Source of the DNA: a virus
DNA length: 64,000 nucleotides
Reading direction: 5' to 3' (one strand)
IMG/VR virus record: IMGVR_UViG_3300015360_000025
Shown: positions 10,182 to 19,911 of the stretch, piece by piece
How the letters are laid out: each line of letters begins with the position of its first letter
Position numbering within the stretch: position 1 is the stretch's first letter
Notes under the pieces: model-generated
What the model saw: only the letters and a program-made list of their open reading frames with translations
Databases searched by the model: none
What the model was told of the DNA's origin: nothing
Translations under genes and position numbers: made by a program

Positions 10182-11112
10182 TGGACTCAACATCTTCATC
10201 AGGTGTTTCGTCGTCGTACCGACGATGGATACGAACGGCGATCCCATCGGTGGCATCGTCGGGTTCCTCAAGAGCATGAAGGCGCAGATCCGTGAGGTGC
10301 AACCAGACCGTGTCGTCGTGGCCTGGGACGGCGATGGTGGATCACAGCGTCGACGAGGTGTTTACTCAGATTACAAAGAGGGGCGTCGGGTACGATTAAA
10401 CCGTGAGCTTGGTACCGAGGGTGCACAGATTGAACAGGAGAACATGAGGAGCCAACTGAAACGACTCAAACAGTTCCTCGAGCTCGTTGGCGCCGTCCAG
10501 ATTGAAGTGGAAGACATCGAAGCGGATGACGTGATCGCGTTTCTCTGTAAGTTCGTCTTCGCCGACAACGAGAAGGTCGTCGTCACTTCAGATCGGGATA
10601 TGCTCCAGTTGGTTGACAATCTGACGTTGGTCTATTCTCCGACGAAGAAGATGTACTGGACCCGTGCCGAGATGATGGAAAAGATGAACGTCATGCCGGA
10701 GAACTATATCTTTGTCAAGGCCTTGATGGGCGACTGCAGCGATAACATCAAGGGGATGGGGGGGATCGGGGAGAAGACTGCTCTCAAGCTCTTCCCTTTC
10801 TTGTCTGAGCATGAATCTAGTCTCGAAGAAATTCGGACTCATGCGGAAGCAAACGTCACCAACGGGCCTAAGTACAAGAGCATACTTGATCAGTGGGATC
10901 GTCTTCTGGAGAACGTACAACTGATGCAACTCTCACATCCAATCATCAGTTCGCAGTCTGCCAGGACGGTCAGGATCTCCGCCACTGAACAGAAACCGAA
11001 GTTTAATTTTACGGAGCTAAAACTTAACTTCGCCCGTCATGGGATTCAAGTCGTCGACCAGGACATGTTCTCAGTTCTCAAGGCGTACCAACTCCGGGCG
11101 ACCGCGTCATGA
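10150..11112 (+). CDS. rnh: T4 RNase H / PolI-type 5'-3' exonuclease (FEN family)
   Basis: IIDGLN, VVAWDG, YKEGR, EADDVIA, TSDRDMLQL, LMGDCSDNIKGMGGIGEKTA. Confidence 0.93.
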   Translation: MSTIPKILIIDGLNIFIRCFVVVPTMDTNGDPIGGIVGFLKSMKAQIREVQPDRVVVAWDGDGGSQRRRGVYSDYKEGRRVRLNRELGTEGAQIEQENMRSQLKRLKQFLELVGAVQIEVEDIEADDVIAFLCKFVFADNEKVVVTSDRDMLQLVDNLTLVYSPTKKMYWTRAEMMEKMNVMPENYIFVKALMGDCSDNIKGMGGIGEKTALKLFPFLSEHESSLEEIRTHAEANVTNGPKYKSILDQWDRLLENVQLMQLSHPIISSQSARTVRISATEQKPKFNFTELKLNFARHGIQVVDQDMFSVLKAYQLRATAS

Positions 11113-11894
11113 GCATCCTCGATCAGTACTTTCAGATCTTCAGCGAAGGGGCGAGTGACCAACAGTTCCGCCAAAGGGCCATCGACATTGGTCGGAGGGT
11201 GCAGGTTGCCCTACGAAACATCCCCGTCGCCAAGTTGGGTGTATCCAAGGGGCCTGAGAAAAACATCGTGGTGAACATCGGAGAGCTTCTGACAGATCCT
11301 GAACTGACCGACCTCGATATCCATTTTGTCAAGAAGGTCGAGAATGTCGAAGCTGGCAAGAAGAATTTGGATCGACGGGCCCAGTTCAAGGGTGGGACGG
11401 TCAGTTCTCCAAACAAACGGATCGAGATCTACGTCGAGCTCCCACCCGATGTCGTCAGTAAGCTGACTCCAGAGAAGTGGAAGGGTCTTGTGGCATCACA
11501 CGGCGAGAAGATCATGGATCGGGCCAAGGAACTCTTCTGGCACGAGTTCATCCATTACATGGACTATAACCGCATCCACCCACAGGATCCAAAAAGACGG
11601 AGCCAGGTCTTTAAAAAGAAGGGCGATGACAAAAAGTCTTACTTCAACAATCCCCTGGAACTTAATGCGTTTATACAACAGGGTCTCAGTAGGGTGGAAA
11701 ACCATTTAACAAGCGTAGGCAGCAGGGCTGAGGTGATGAAGGTTATCGGGAAGTCGGCCGATGAATTCTACAAGACCATGCTCAAGCTTCTGTCCCCAGG
11801 CTTTGCCAAAAATTTGACTGACCAGAACAAGAACAAGTTGAAGAAACGGGTGGCCCAGATGTGGACGGACACAATGAAGCGGTTCGGAGGATGA
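11109..11894 (+). CDS. HExxH zincin-like protein, possibly virion-associated
   Basis: WHEFIHYMD and YFNNPLELNAF. Confidence 0.6.
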   Translation: MSILDQYFQIFSEGASDQQFRQRAIDIGRRVQVALRNIPVAKLGVSKGPEKNIVVNIGELLTDPELTDLDIHFVKKVENVEAGKKNLDRRAQFKGGTVSSPNKRIEIYVELPPDVVSKLTPEKWKGLVASHGEKIMDRAKELFWHEFIHYMDYNRIHPQDPKRRSQVFKKKGDDKKSYFNNPLELNAFIQQGLSRVENHLTSVGSRAEVMKVIGKSADEFYKTMLKLLSPGFAKNLTDQNKNKLKKRVAQMWTDTMKRFGG

Positions 11895-13300
11895 CGATGG
11901 AACCAGAGCAGACGGCAGCAGAGGTGACGGAAACTTTCTCGAAGATGGGAAAGACGTACCAAGAGAAAGTTGTGCAGGCTTTGCTGCAGGACTACCAGTT
12001 CGCCGAGCAGATGGCTGACGTCCTCCAATCGAAATACTTCGATCTCAAGTATCTCCAGGAGATCGTCCAGAGCTTTTACGATCACAAGAACAAGTACAAG
12101 ACGTACCCGTCTCCTGACATCCTGGACGTGATGCTGACCCGTCAGGACGACAGCACTGACGCCGTCGTCAACCAGCAGGTTCGGGAATACCTCGATCGTT
12201 CCAAGAAGACCCCGCTCAACGGCGACAAGGGTTTCATCGAGGAGAGTTCACTTGAGTTCTGCAAGAAGCAGAGCTTGAAAGATGGACTCATGGAAGCCAT
12301 CAACATGATGGAGAGCGGCAAGTTTGACTCCATTCAGTCCGTCATCAAGGATGCTCTCAACAAGGGTGGAGCCAGAGATCTCGGACACGACTACAATGAG
12401 GGGTTTGACTACCGTAGCAAGCGCTCCATCCGGAAGCCGATCTCGACCGGTTGGCCAACTGTCGATAAGGAGTTCAACGGTGGCTGGGAACGCCAGACTC
12501 TGACGACTTTTATTGGTGGCACCGGATCTGGCAAGTCCATGTTCCTGGTCAACTGTTCCGCCGCAGGCGTGGCACAGGGACTGAACGTTCTGTACGTAAC
12601 CCTGGAGATGGCGGACTACAAGATCGGTCTGCGTCACGACTCGTACTTCTCAGGGATCGAGATCAACAGCGTCCCTGACCACAAAGAGAAGGTCGAGGCC
12701 GACGTCCGAGGCGCAGTTAAGGGTCGGCTCATGATCAAGGAGTTCGCCACCAAGACGGCGACCGTCCAGACTCTGCGAGCCTACATCCAGCGCCTGGTGT
12801 CCACCAAAGGATTCGTTCCGGACATGGTGGTGGTGGACTACGCTGACCTCATGCGTGGATCCCGTTCGTATGGCGACCACCGTTTTGAGTTGGCTGGAGT
12901 TTACGAGGAACTTCGCGCCCTTGCCCAGGAGCTGAACGTCGTCCTCATCACGGCGGACCAGACCAACCGCGGCGGCATGAACGAAGAGATCGTCACCCTT
13001 TCGTCCATCGCGGAGAGCTTCGCCAAGGCTACCGTTTGTGATGTGATCATCACGATTAGTCGTCGGATGGAAGACAAACAGTCGAACATGGGACGGCTTT
13101 TCATTGCCAAGTCCCGCCTCGGCCGGGACGGAATCGTTCTTCCGTTTACCCTCAACACCGCGACTGTCAAGGTCACCGTGCTTCAGCATGGGGATGATCC
13201 GATCGCCATGTTCATGGAGAACAATCAGAACAGGAAGGAAGTTCTCGCCGATCGCTACAATAAACTCATCTCTGGCAAGACCGGCACAGCCGACAAGTGA
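11891..13300 (+). CDS. dnaB: Replicative DnaB/gp41-like helicase
   Basis: ISTGW, GGTGSGKS Walker A, VTLEM, VVDYADLM, TADQTNR, AKSRLG. Confidence 0.92.
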   Translation: MTMEPEQTAAEVTETFSKMGKTYQEKVVQALLQDYQFAEQMADVLQSKYFDLKYLQEIVQSFYDHKNKYKTYPSPDILDVMLTRQDDSTDAVVNQQVREYLDRSKKTPLNGDKGFIEESSLEFCKKQSLKDGLMEAINMMESGKFDSIQSVIKDALNKGGARDLGHDYNEGFDYRSKRSIRKPISTGWPTVDKEFNGGWERQTLTTFIGGTGSGKSMFLVNCSAAGVAQGLNVLYVTLEMADYKIGLRHDSYFSGIEINSVPDHKEKVEADVRGAVKGRLMIKEFATKTATVQTLRAYIQRLVSTKGFVPDMVVVDYADLMRGSRSYGDHRFELAGVYEELRALAQELNVVLITADQTNRGGMNEEIVTLSSIAESFAKATVCDVIITISRRMEDKQSNMGRLFIAKSRLGRDGIVLPFTLNTATVKVTVLQHGDDPIAMFMENNQNRKEVLADRYNKLISGKTGTADK

Positions 13301-13315
13301 AAGGAGCTCAGAAAC

Positions 13316-16036
13316 ATGACCACGGAAATCTACGAGCCGGCTGGCTTTGCGCTGGAGATATTCAAGAAGAGGTACGCCAGACACGAGAATGAAAGCTGGC
13401 AGGAGGCATGCGATCGTGTGGCTTCCCACATGGCTGCAGCCGAAACGAACGGTCACGTCGCCGAGTACAAAGAACTCTTCAGTGACATCCTGAAGAAGAA
13501 TCTCTTCTTTCCTGGCGGACGAATCTGGTACGGATCTGGCAGACCGAAAGCCCAACTCCTGAACTGTTTTGTCATACCTACGAAGGATAGTCGCGAAGGT
13601 TGGGGAAAAACACTCCACGACACTGTGGTGATTTCAGGAACTGGAGGAGGAGTCGGTTGTAACTACTCTCCCACCCGTCCGAGAAACTCAAAGATTGAAG
13701 GGACCGGAGGAATAGCGACCGGTGCCGTCAGTGAAATGCGGATGGTGAATAGCATCGGAGACGAGCTCAAGGCTGGAGGTGGTCGCCGTATCGCTCTGAT
13801 GATGGCTCTGAACCTGACGCACGGAGACATCCTAGAGTTCCTCGACGCCAAGCTCGACAAGAACCAGCTGAACAACGCCAATGTCAGTGTCATCTTCGAT
13901 GAGGATCCAGAGCGTTTCTTCAAGTTGGTCAAAGAGGAAGGTATCCTCGAACTCAAGCATAACGGCAAAGTCGTTGGCTCCGCTTCGGCCAAAGAGCTCT
14001 GGCACAAGATCGTCAGCAACGCGCTGAAGGGTGGTGAGCCAGGCCTTCTGAATGGCTACCTCGCCAACAAGATGTCAAACATCTGGTACTTCAGACCACT
14101 CATCTGTACGAATCCGTGTATCACCGGTGACACTCTTATCGCCGTCGCGGACGGGAGAAATGCCGTCAGCATCAAACAGCTCGCTGACGAAGGCAATAAC
14201 GTCCCTGTCTACTCGACGAATGTCGAGACCGGGCAGGTCGAAATCAAGACCGGGCGGAACCCTAGAAAGACCGGCGCGTCGAAAGAAGTCTGGAAACTCA
14301 CGCTTGATGACGGTTCTATTCTCCGAGCGACACCGAATCACAAGATTATGAGACTTGACAGACAGTATGTCGAGCTGAAAGACCTGAAGCCCGGAGACAG
14401 TGTGTTCCCGTTTAACACGTTCAGTTCGAACGGCTACAGACAGGTTTGTGGTACGGGTGCACAGATGTCAGGAGGAGCTCGCAGGAATCGTAGGCAGTAC
14501 AGACTGATTAACGAGTTCTTCAACGGGCCGACGGACGCGAAACGCTTCGCTATCCATCACGCCAACTTCGACTGTACTGACGATAGCATCGATAACTTGA
14601 AGATGTTGGAACACGAAGAACACCGGCGTCTTCACACCGAGAAGATGATGGGAGCGAAGAACCAATATCATCGAATGGACGAGCAGTGGAAGAATGACTT
14701 CGCTTCTCACCCCGGAGAAGAGAACGGTCGTTTTTCGGGACACACGAACGAGGAACTTGTCGTCGAAGGACGTGAGGTCTTCGAAAAGAACGGGAAGTTG
14801 ACGCAGGAACTCTGGGTCGAGCACGCGGAGAACAAGGGTCTTCCACAGTTTCTCGGCAACGACTTCCGATTTGGGTCATTCACGAATTTCAGGAACCAGG
14901 TCGTGACCAATCACCGGGTCGTCTCTGTCGAGTTTGACTGTCACGAAGATGTCTACAACATCACCGTCGATGACAATCACAACTACCATGTCGTCACTAG
15001 CGGAGACGGCGAAAAGAACGTCGTGTCTTCTGGTCTCTGCGTCAAGAATTGCGGGGAGATCTGGCTGGTCGAGTACGACTGCTGTGACCTCGGTTCGCTC
15101 GTGCTTCCTCGGTTCATCTACAATGATGGTGGTAAGCTGAAGATCGATCGTCCTCTTATGAAGAGGGTCATCAGCATCGCGATCAGATTTCTCGACAACG
15201 TCCTGACCGCGAACAACTACCCGATGCTTGAGATCAAGGAGATGTGTTCCATGATCCGTAGAATCGGTCTTGGTGTCACCGGACTTGACACGATGCTGAT
15301 GGAGTTAGGGCTGAAGTACAACTCTTCCGAAGCTCTCGAGTACGTCGACAGCTTGATGAACTTCATCAAGAACTGCGCCTACGAGGCAGGTATCGAGCTC
15401 GCCAAAGAGAAGGGAAGCTTCCCGGCATTCGACGCCGAGAAGTTCCTGCAGAGTGGATTCATGAAGACCATGAAGCCTTCTATCAGGAGTGACATCCGAA
15501 AGCACGGGATCAGGTTCTGCGCTGGCCTTACCTTACCACCTGTCGGTACAGGTTCGATGGTCTGCAACGTCGACAGCGGGATCGAGAAGGCCTTCGGTCC
15601 GGCATGGAACCGCTGCTTCCGAGATGGGGACAACCTCAAGAATGAGATCGTTATCCATCCAATCTTCAAGAGGAAGTATCTTGCTGGAGAAGATGTCTCT
15701 CACTTCCAGACCGTCTGGGACCTGAGCATGCGTGACCATTTCGAGATGCAACGGGTCTGCCAGAAGCACATCGACAACGCGGTTAGTAAGACGATCAACC
15801 TCCCTCCAGGAACGTCCATCCAGGAGCTCTCAGAACTCTACATGGAGTTCTTCCCTGATCTCAAGGGTGTGACCGTGTACCCCGAGGGCAGCCGAGAGAA
15901 CCAACCAATCACTCCACTCTCTGTTGCCGACGCAATCGCCCACATCGATGCCGAGGTAGCCGCAGGTCCAACCAGCGACGACTCGTGCCGTGGTGGGGTT
16001 TGTGATGTCCCGTGGGCCAAAGATGTGGTAAAATAA
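13316..16036 (+). CDS. nrdJ: Class II (B12-dependent) ribonucleotide reductase with intein
   Basis: PGGRI, LNCFV, TNP|CGE interrupted, GLGVTG, IDNAVSKTINLP, C-terminal CxxxxC; no small subunit nearby. Confidence 0.88.
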   Translation: MTTEIYEPAGFALEIFKKRYARHENESWQEACDRVASHMAAAETNGHVAEYKELFSDILKKNLFFPGGRIWYGSGRPKAQLLNCFVIPTKDSREGWGKTLHDTVVISGTGGGVGCNYSPTRPRNSKIEGTGGIATGAVSEMRMVNSIGDELKAGGGRRIALMMALNLTHGDILEFLDAKLDKNQLNNANVSVIFDEDPERFFKLVKEEGILELKHNGKVVGSASAKELWHKIVSNALKGGEPGLLNGYLANKMSNIWYFRPLICTNPCITGDTLIAVADGRNAVSIKQLADEGNNVPVYSTNVETGQVEIKTGRNPRKTGASKEVWKLTLDDGSILRATPNHKIMRLDRQYVELKDLKPGDSVFPFNTFSSNGYRQVCGTGAQMSGGARRNRRQYRLINEFFNGPTDAKRFAIHHANFDCTDDSIDNLKMLEHEEHRRLHTEKMMGAKNQYHRMDEQWKNDFASHPGEENGRFSGHTNEELVVEGREVFEKNGKLTQELWVEHAENKGLPQFLGNDFRFGSFTNFRNQVVTNHRVVSVEFDCHEDVYNITVDDNHNYHVVTSGDGEKNVVSSGLCVKNCGEIWLVEYDCCDLGSLVLPRFIYNDGGKLKIDRPLMKRVISIAIRFLDNVLTANNYPMLEIKEMCSMIRRIGLGVTGLDTMLMELGLKYNSSEALEYVDSLMNFIKNCAYEAGIELAKEKGSFPAFDAEKFLQSGFMKTMKPSIRSDIRKHGIRFCAGLTLPPVGTGSMVCNVDSGIEKAFGPAWNRCFRDGDNLKNEIVIHPIFKRKYLAGEDVSHFQTVWDLSMRDHFEMQRVCQKHIDNAVSKTINLPPGTSIQELSELYMEFFPDLKGVTVYPEGSRENQPITPLSVADAIAHIDAEVAAGPTSDDSCRGGVCDVPWAKDVVK
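14117..15049 (+). mobile_element. Intein (311 aa) with HNH endonuclease in nrdJ
   Basis: Starts CITGDT, block B ATPNHK, HHANFD...DNL...EHRRLH (HNH), block F DVYNITVDDNHNY, ends VKN before CGEI. Confidence 0.92.
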
Positions 16037-16042
16037 GAGCAG

Positions 16043-16243
16043 GTGTCAGCTAAACCCGGGTCAACACCATGGAACAAAGGTTTAACAAGAGAAACGGATC
16101 CTCGTTTGCGCGGAGCTTCTGAAAAGAATAAGGGGAAGAAAAGAACTGAAGAGCAGAAACGGAGAATAGGCATCGGTACTAAGTTGGCAAATGGCACGTC
16201 GATCATATCAGAGGGATTTCTACTTTTCCTGTTGGAATTCTAG
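16043..16243 (+). pseudogene. NUMOD3-type homing-endonuclease remnant
   Basis: PWNKGLTRETDPRL...KGKKRTEEQKRRI with no catalytic domain; AT-rich. Confidence 0.55.
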
Positions 16244-16311
16244 CAAGCATTGTGAATGCCCTCGATAATCTTCAACCTTTGTGGGAAGAAGAAAATTTAA
16301 GGAATGGGTGA

Positions 16312-17223
16312 TTGATGTTACCGAGACCAGATAAAATAGAAGACACGATTCTTGTGACTCACATGGGGTGTATGGATGGATCGGGGGCGATGATTATGTT
16401 CGTCCGGGCTGGTGGTAAAAAGGAAAATGTCCACTTCGTTGCCGCCGGGATGCTTGAAAGGTTCATCAAGAACGATCTCGACGGCTTCAAGGGCAAGTTC
16501 GTCATCTTCGCAGACATCGGTCTCGCTGGTGACAAGGGATCAAAATACGCAGATATTCTTGAGAAGCGCGGGAACTGTGTCCTGATTGATCATCATGTTA
16601 CCTCTACTCACATGAAGGGCAAAGAGTGGTGCGACATTAGAATGGAGTCGTGCGGTACTGAGCTCCTCCGTCAATACTTGAAGCTTGAAGACGAGAGTTC
16701 GAAGGCCATGGCCGCGCTCATCCAGGATCACGACCTCTGGCTCCGGAATGACCCACGGTCGGTCGACCTGGCCGCCTTCACCGTGTTCGTTGGGCAGGAC
16801 ATATTCGTCGAGAGGTTCATGGATCGGGACGTGACGAAGGAGTTCTTCACTCCTCTTGAGACGGAGATGATGGCGATCATGATCCGGCGACGAGACCAGT
16901 TCATCGCCGCAGCAATCAGAAAGGTGATCGTGAAGGATGTCATCTGGGGAGATACGGATGAGAAGCTTGCCAAGGTCGGATACATTATCTCTCCAGAGAT
17001 GAATGTCTCCCTTCTCCTTGACACACTCCTGATCGAGAAACCAGAGCTTGACATCGGATGTCAGATCAACTTCGAGAAGGGGTCGGTTAGTCTGCGATCT
17101 AATCGCGGGTACGATGTGTCCGAGTTCGCTGAATACTACGGCGGTGGTGGTCACAAGGCAGCGTCGGGTCACAAAATCGCAGATGAGATCATGAAAGGAA
17201 TATTCGAGGAAATCCATGGCTGA
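16312..17223 (+). CDS. DHH/DHHA1 phosphoesterase (NrnB-like oligoribonuclease)
   Basis: THMGCMDG, FADI, LIDHH, SLRS, GGGHKAASG. Confidence 0.88.
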   Translation: MMLPRPDKIEDTILVTHMGCMDGSGAMIMFVRAGGKKENVHFVAAGMLERFIKNDLDGFKGKFVIFADIGLAGDKGSKYADILEKRGNCVLIDHHVTSTHMKGKEWCDIRMESCGTELLRQYLKLEDESSKAMAALIQDHDLWLRNDPRSVDLAAFTVFVGQDIFVERFMDRDVTKEFFTPLETEMMAIMIRRRDQFIAAAIRKVIVKDVIWGDTDEKLAKVGYIISPEMNVSLLLDTLLIEKPELDIGCQINFEKGSVSLRSNRGYDVSEFAEYYGGGGHKAASGHKIADEIMKGIFEEIHG

Positions 17224-18178
17224 GCATTGCATTGTTGGTAACAACTTCGATGACATCTATCGAGACCTGCTTCACGATCTCTCCTGGTCCCCGCAGTACA
17301 TTTGCAGTCCTAGGGGGCAGAAGATAAATGAGAACCTTGCTGTCACTCTTGTTCTGAATGATCCCAGGGCCCGCCTTCTCAGTTGTCAGAAGAGGAACAC
17401 AAACTACGGGTTCGCGGTCGGCGAGTTCCTCTGGTACTGGAACGGGAAGCAGGACCTCGAGACGATGCTGTACTACAACAAGAGGATGAAGGACTACTCT
17501 GACGATGGAAAGACCCTCAACTCAGCTTATGGGTTCAGACTCAAGGGGAGATTTGTTGGAGACGGATGTCCTTACATGAGCCAATGGGATGTGGCAAAAA
17601 AGACACTTCTTAGTGATTCTGATTCACGGAGATGTGTACTTCACATCAATGAACCCGAAGACCAGCATGATGCCGTTTCCGAAGGATCGAAGGATGTCCC
17701 ATGTACCCTCTCCCTCCAGTTCTTCATTCGTAACAATCGACTCGACCTTCATGTGCATATGCGATCCAATGACGTGATGTGGGGACTGACCTACGATCTC
17801 TTCAGCTTCACTCTCTTTCAGGAATGCATGATGCTTGAACTTCGGAAGGAAGAGAAGTTCAAAGACTTGCAGCTTGGAAGGTATTATCACACCGCTGGTT
17901 CTCTCCATGTCTACGAACAACACTTTCAGCAGGCGATGGACATTGTCAACGAGTATGCCACCTCCATCGTCTACAAGATGCCAATGGAACCGTTCGAAAG
18001 CCTCGAGGACTTCGATAGATTAGGTGACATTGAACAAGCATTGAGGACTGGACTGAGTACGAAGATCGTCTCGAACAACCTCATAGCTGGATTGTGTGAA
18101 TCTGCTGAGTGGATGGGAGACAAACTTCTTGATCATCGTGAAAAACGTGACAAGGAAGCTTTGAAGAAGATTGAGTAA
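17216..18178 (+). CDS. Thymidylate-synthase-fold enzyme, probably dCMP 5-hydroxymethyl(or methyl)transferase
   Basis: GEFLWY, NSAYG, DSRR, DVPC, MRSNDVMWGLTYD with Asp at the ThyA Asn position, GSLHVY. Confidence 0.75.
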   Translation: MAEHCIVGNNFDDIYRDLLHDLSWSPQYICSPRGQKINENLAVTLVLNDPRARLLSCQKRNTNYGFAVGEFLWYWNGKQDLETMLYYNKRMKDYSDDGKTLNSAYGFRLKGRFVGDGCPYMSQWDVAKKTLLSDSDSRRCVLHINEPEDQHDAVSEGSKDVPCTLSLQFFIRNNRLDLHVHMRSNDVMWGLTYDLFSFTLFQECMMLELRKEEKFKDLQLGRYYHTAGSLHVYEQHFQQAMDIVNEYATSIVYKMPMEPFESLEDFDRLGDIEQALRTGLSTKIVSNNLIAGLCESAEWMGDKLLDHREKRDKEALKKIE

Positions 18179-18185
18179 TTAGCCC

Positions 18186-18401
18186 ATGGGTAAGAGACGG
18201 GTCTGTTACGTCGTTCACTGGTCTGACGCGACGGGATGTCCAGAGAGTAGAATATACCCAAAGCTTGGGATTGGGCTAGTCAAGTTTATCTCAGATATCG
18301 GGAAGCAGCAGACTGGCGAACCGGTCGTTGAGCGGATCGTCCTATCCGATCTGACCAAAGAAGAAAAACGAAAGCTAAAGGAGATACAAGATGGCCAATG
18401 A
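18186..18401 (+). CDS. Hypothetical protein
   Basis: 71-aa ORF in operon. Confidence 0.6.
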   Translation: MGKRRVCYVVHWSDATGCPESRIYPKLGIGLVKFISDIGKQQTGEPVVERIVLSDLTKEEKRKLKEIQDGQ

Positions 18402-18774
18402 ATTTCTTGAAACTGAGTTCCGCTGTCGGTGTCTAAAAGTCGTCGATGGAGACACGGTCGACCTTTGCGTCGACATTGGTTTCCACGTCTCTTTCACCGG
18501 TCGCTTCCGTGTTCTCGGGATTGACACGGCTGAGATGAATTCCAAGGATGTCACAGAAAGGGCCGTGGCACTACTGGCCAAGGACAAGGTAACAGAGTTA
18601 CTCAAACCATCTCCGACGACCACTGGCTGGCCTCTGATGGTGCGGACAAAGAAGGACCCCGACAGCTTTGGTAGGTGGTTGGCTGACATCAGTTACTTTC
18701 TTCTAGACGGAACGAAGTTGGGCCTCGGCCCGATGCTGATCCTCGAAAGACTGGCGAAACCTTACAAGGGGTGA
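18391..18774 (+). CDS. Thermonuclease (SNase-like)
   Basis: VVDGDTV, RFRVLGIDTAE, DSFGRWLA. Confidence 0.88.
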   Translation: MANEFLETEFRCRCLKVVDGDTVDLCVDIGFHVSFTGRFRVLGIDTAEMNSKDVTERAVALLAKDKVTELLKPSPTTTGWPLMVRTKKDPDSFGRWLADISYFLLDGTKLGLGPMLILERLAKPYKG

Positions 18775-18777
18775 CCG

Positions 18778-19149
18778 ATGGCCGACCAAGACATGTTCGA
18801 AGACATCTTCGAACGACAGACACGTTTCATGGAAGAACTGCGAACCAGCGACAAGCTTCCAGAGTACCCGGTCGACCTGACGACCAAACCGGGACAACGT
18901 CTCATCAAGGAGACGATCTTCAACATGATCGAGGAGCTGGCGGAAGCCAGCTTCACCCTGAAGAACAGGATCCACCGTGTAACCGACGTCCGCGTGCTTG
19001 ACATCCAGCACTACAAAGAGGAGCTAGGCGACGCCATGGCCTACCTCATTGAGGTGTGCATCCTCTCAGGGTTCACACCACAAGAGATCTACGAGGAGTA
19101 CAAACGCAAGAACGCAGTCGTCTCTGAACGGCTGAAGAACGGGTACTGA
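18778..19149 (+). CDS. All-alpha NTP pyrophosphatase (MazG / dimeric dUTPase / dCTPase-like)
   Basis: MIEELAEA...YKEELGDAMAY...YKRKN. Confidence 0.8.
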   Translation: MADQDMFEDIFERQTRFMEELRTSDKLPEYPVDLTTKPGQRLIKETIFNMIEELAEASFTLKNRIHRVTDVRVLDIQHYKEELGDAMAYLIEVCILSGFTPQEIYEEYKRKNAVVSERLKNGY

Positions 19150-19150
19150 G

Positions 19151-19444
19151 ATGGACTTCGAACCAAACGTCGGACGAATCGTTGTAGAGGTAGACAACGC
19201 CGATACTAAGACCGATGGTGGTCTCTACATTCCGGGCAGTGTCGAACGGAACGGTGTGGTGAGGGGCACGATCAGGGCGGTCGGTCCGACCAGACTCGTC
19301 GACGGGGCCCCTACTGCTCTTCTTCTTTTCGTCGGGGATCGGGTGATGCTCGACCCGATTGGTGCGCCGAAGTTGAAGATCGAGGGGAAGGAGATGGTCC
19401 TCCTCCGTGCAGAGGACGTGGTAGGCCGTCTTCCTAGGGTATGA
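19151..19444 (+). CDS. groES: GroES co-chaperonin
   Basis: EPNVGRIVVE, TKTDGGLYIP, GTIRAVGP, GDRV, LLRAEDVVG. Confidence 0.88.
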   Translation: MDFEPNVGRIVVEVDNADTKTDGGLYIPGSVERNGVVRGTIRAVGPTRLVDGAPTALLLFVGDRVMLDPIGAPKLKIEGKEMVLLRAEDVVGRLPRV

Positions 19445-19911
19445 TCAACGATCAGGAGGCGTACAAAGAGAGTGTGGCTCAGACCATGATGGTTACCAAT
19501 CATCTGTTCTACCACGCTATCCCGTTTGATGCCAAAGAGCTTTCTCCAAAAGAGCAGCTCACCCATGGCGATGTGCGTCTCACTGGTCTTCCCAAAGAGA
19601 TGAGTCTAGAATTGAAGAGCGACGCCTCCTCCCCCGGGAGTGTTTGCATCTCCGTTGATCAGCTTGCCTCATTCGATAAGCGGGGGAAATACGTTTGCTC
19701 TCAGCGAGCTCCAGACGGAAAGTACTCCCATAGACTGACATGGGTTTTTGATACTGAGTTCGTGCATGGATACCTCAAGTCAGTCCCTCAAGCAAATCCG
19801 ATTGAACGCGCAGTGTATTCAGGAATAAGTAGCTTCTACAGGATCTTCATTTTCAAGAATCAACTCCACAACGCTGAGACATTAGAATCATTCGCGAGGC
19901 TGGTCAGATGA
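19441..19911 (+). CDS. Hypothetical protein, possible PD-(D/E)xK nuclease
   Basis: GDVR...SLELKSD pattern. Confidence 0.4.
   Translation: MINDQEAYKESVAQTMMVTNHLFYHAIPFDAKELSPKEQLTHGDVRLTGLPKEMSLELKSDASSPGSVCISVDQLASFDKRGKYVCSQRAPDGKYSHRLTWVFDTEFVHGYLKSVPQANPIERAVYSGISSFYRIFIFKNQLHNAETLESFARLVR

Noticed and set aside
12650-13618. 322-aa minus-strand ORF
   Set aside because: Antisense shadow of the helicase and nrdJ; no motifs or RBS
17216-18178. Plain thymidylate synthase (thyA) call
   Set aside because: Asp rather than Asn at the specificity position, and ThyX is present
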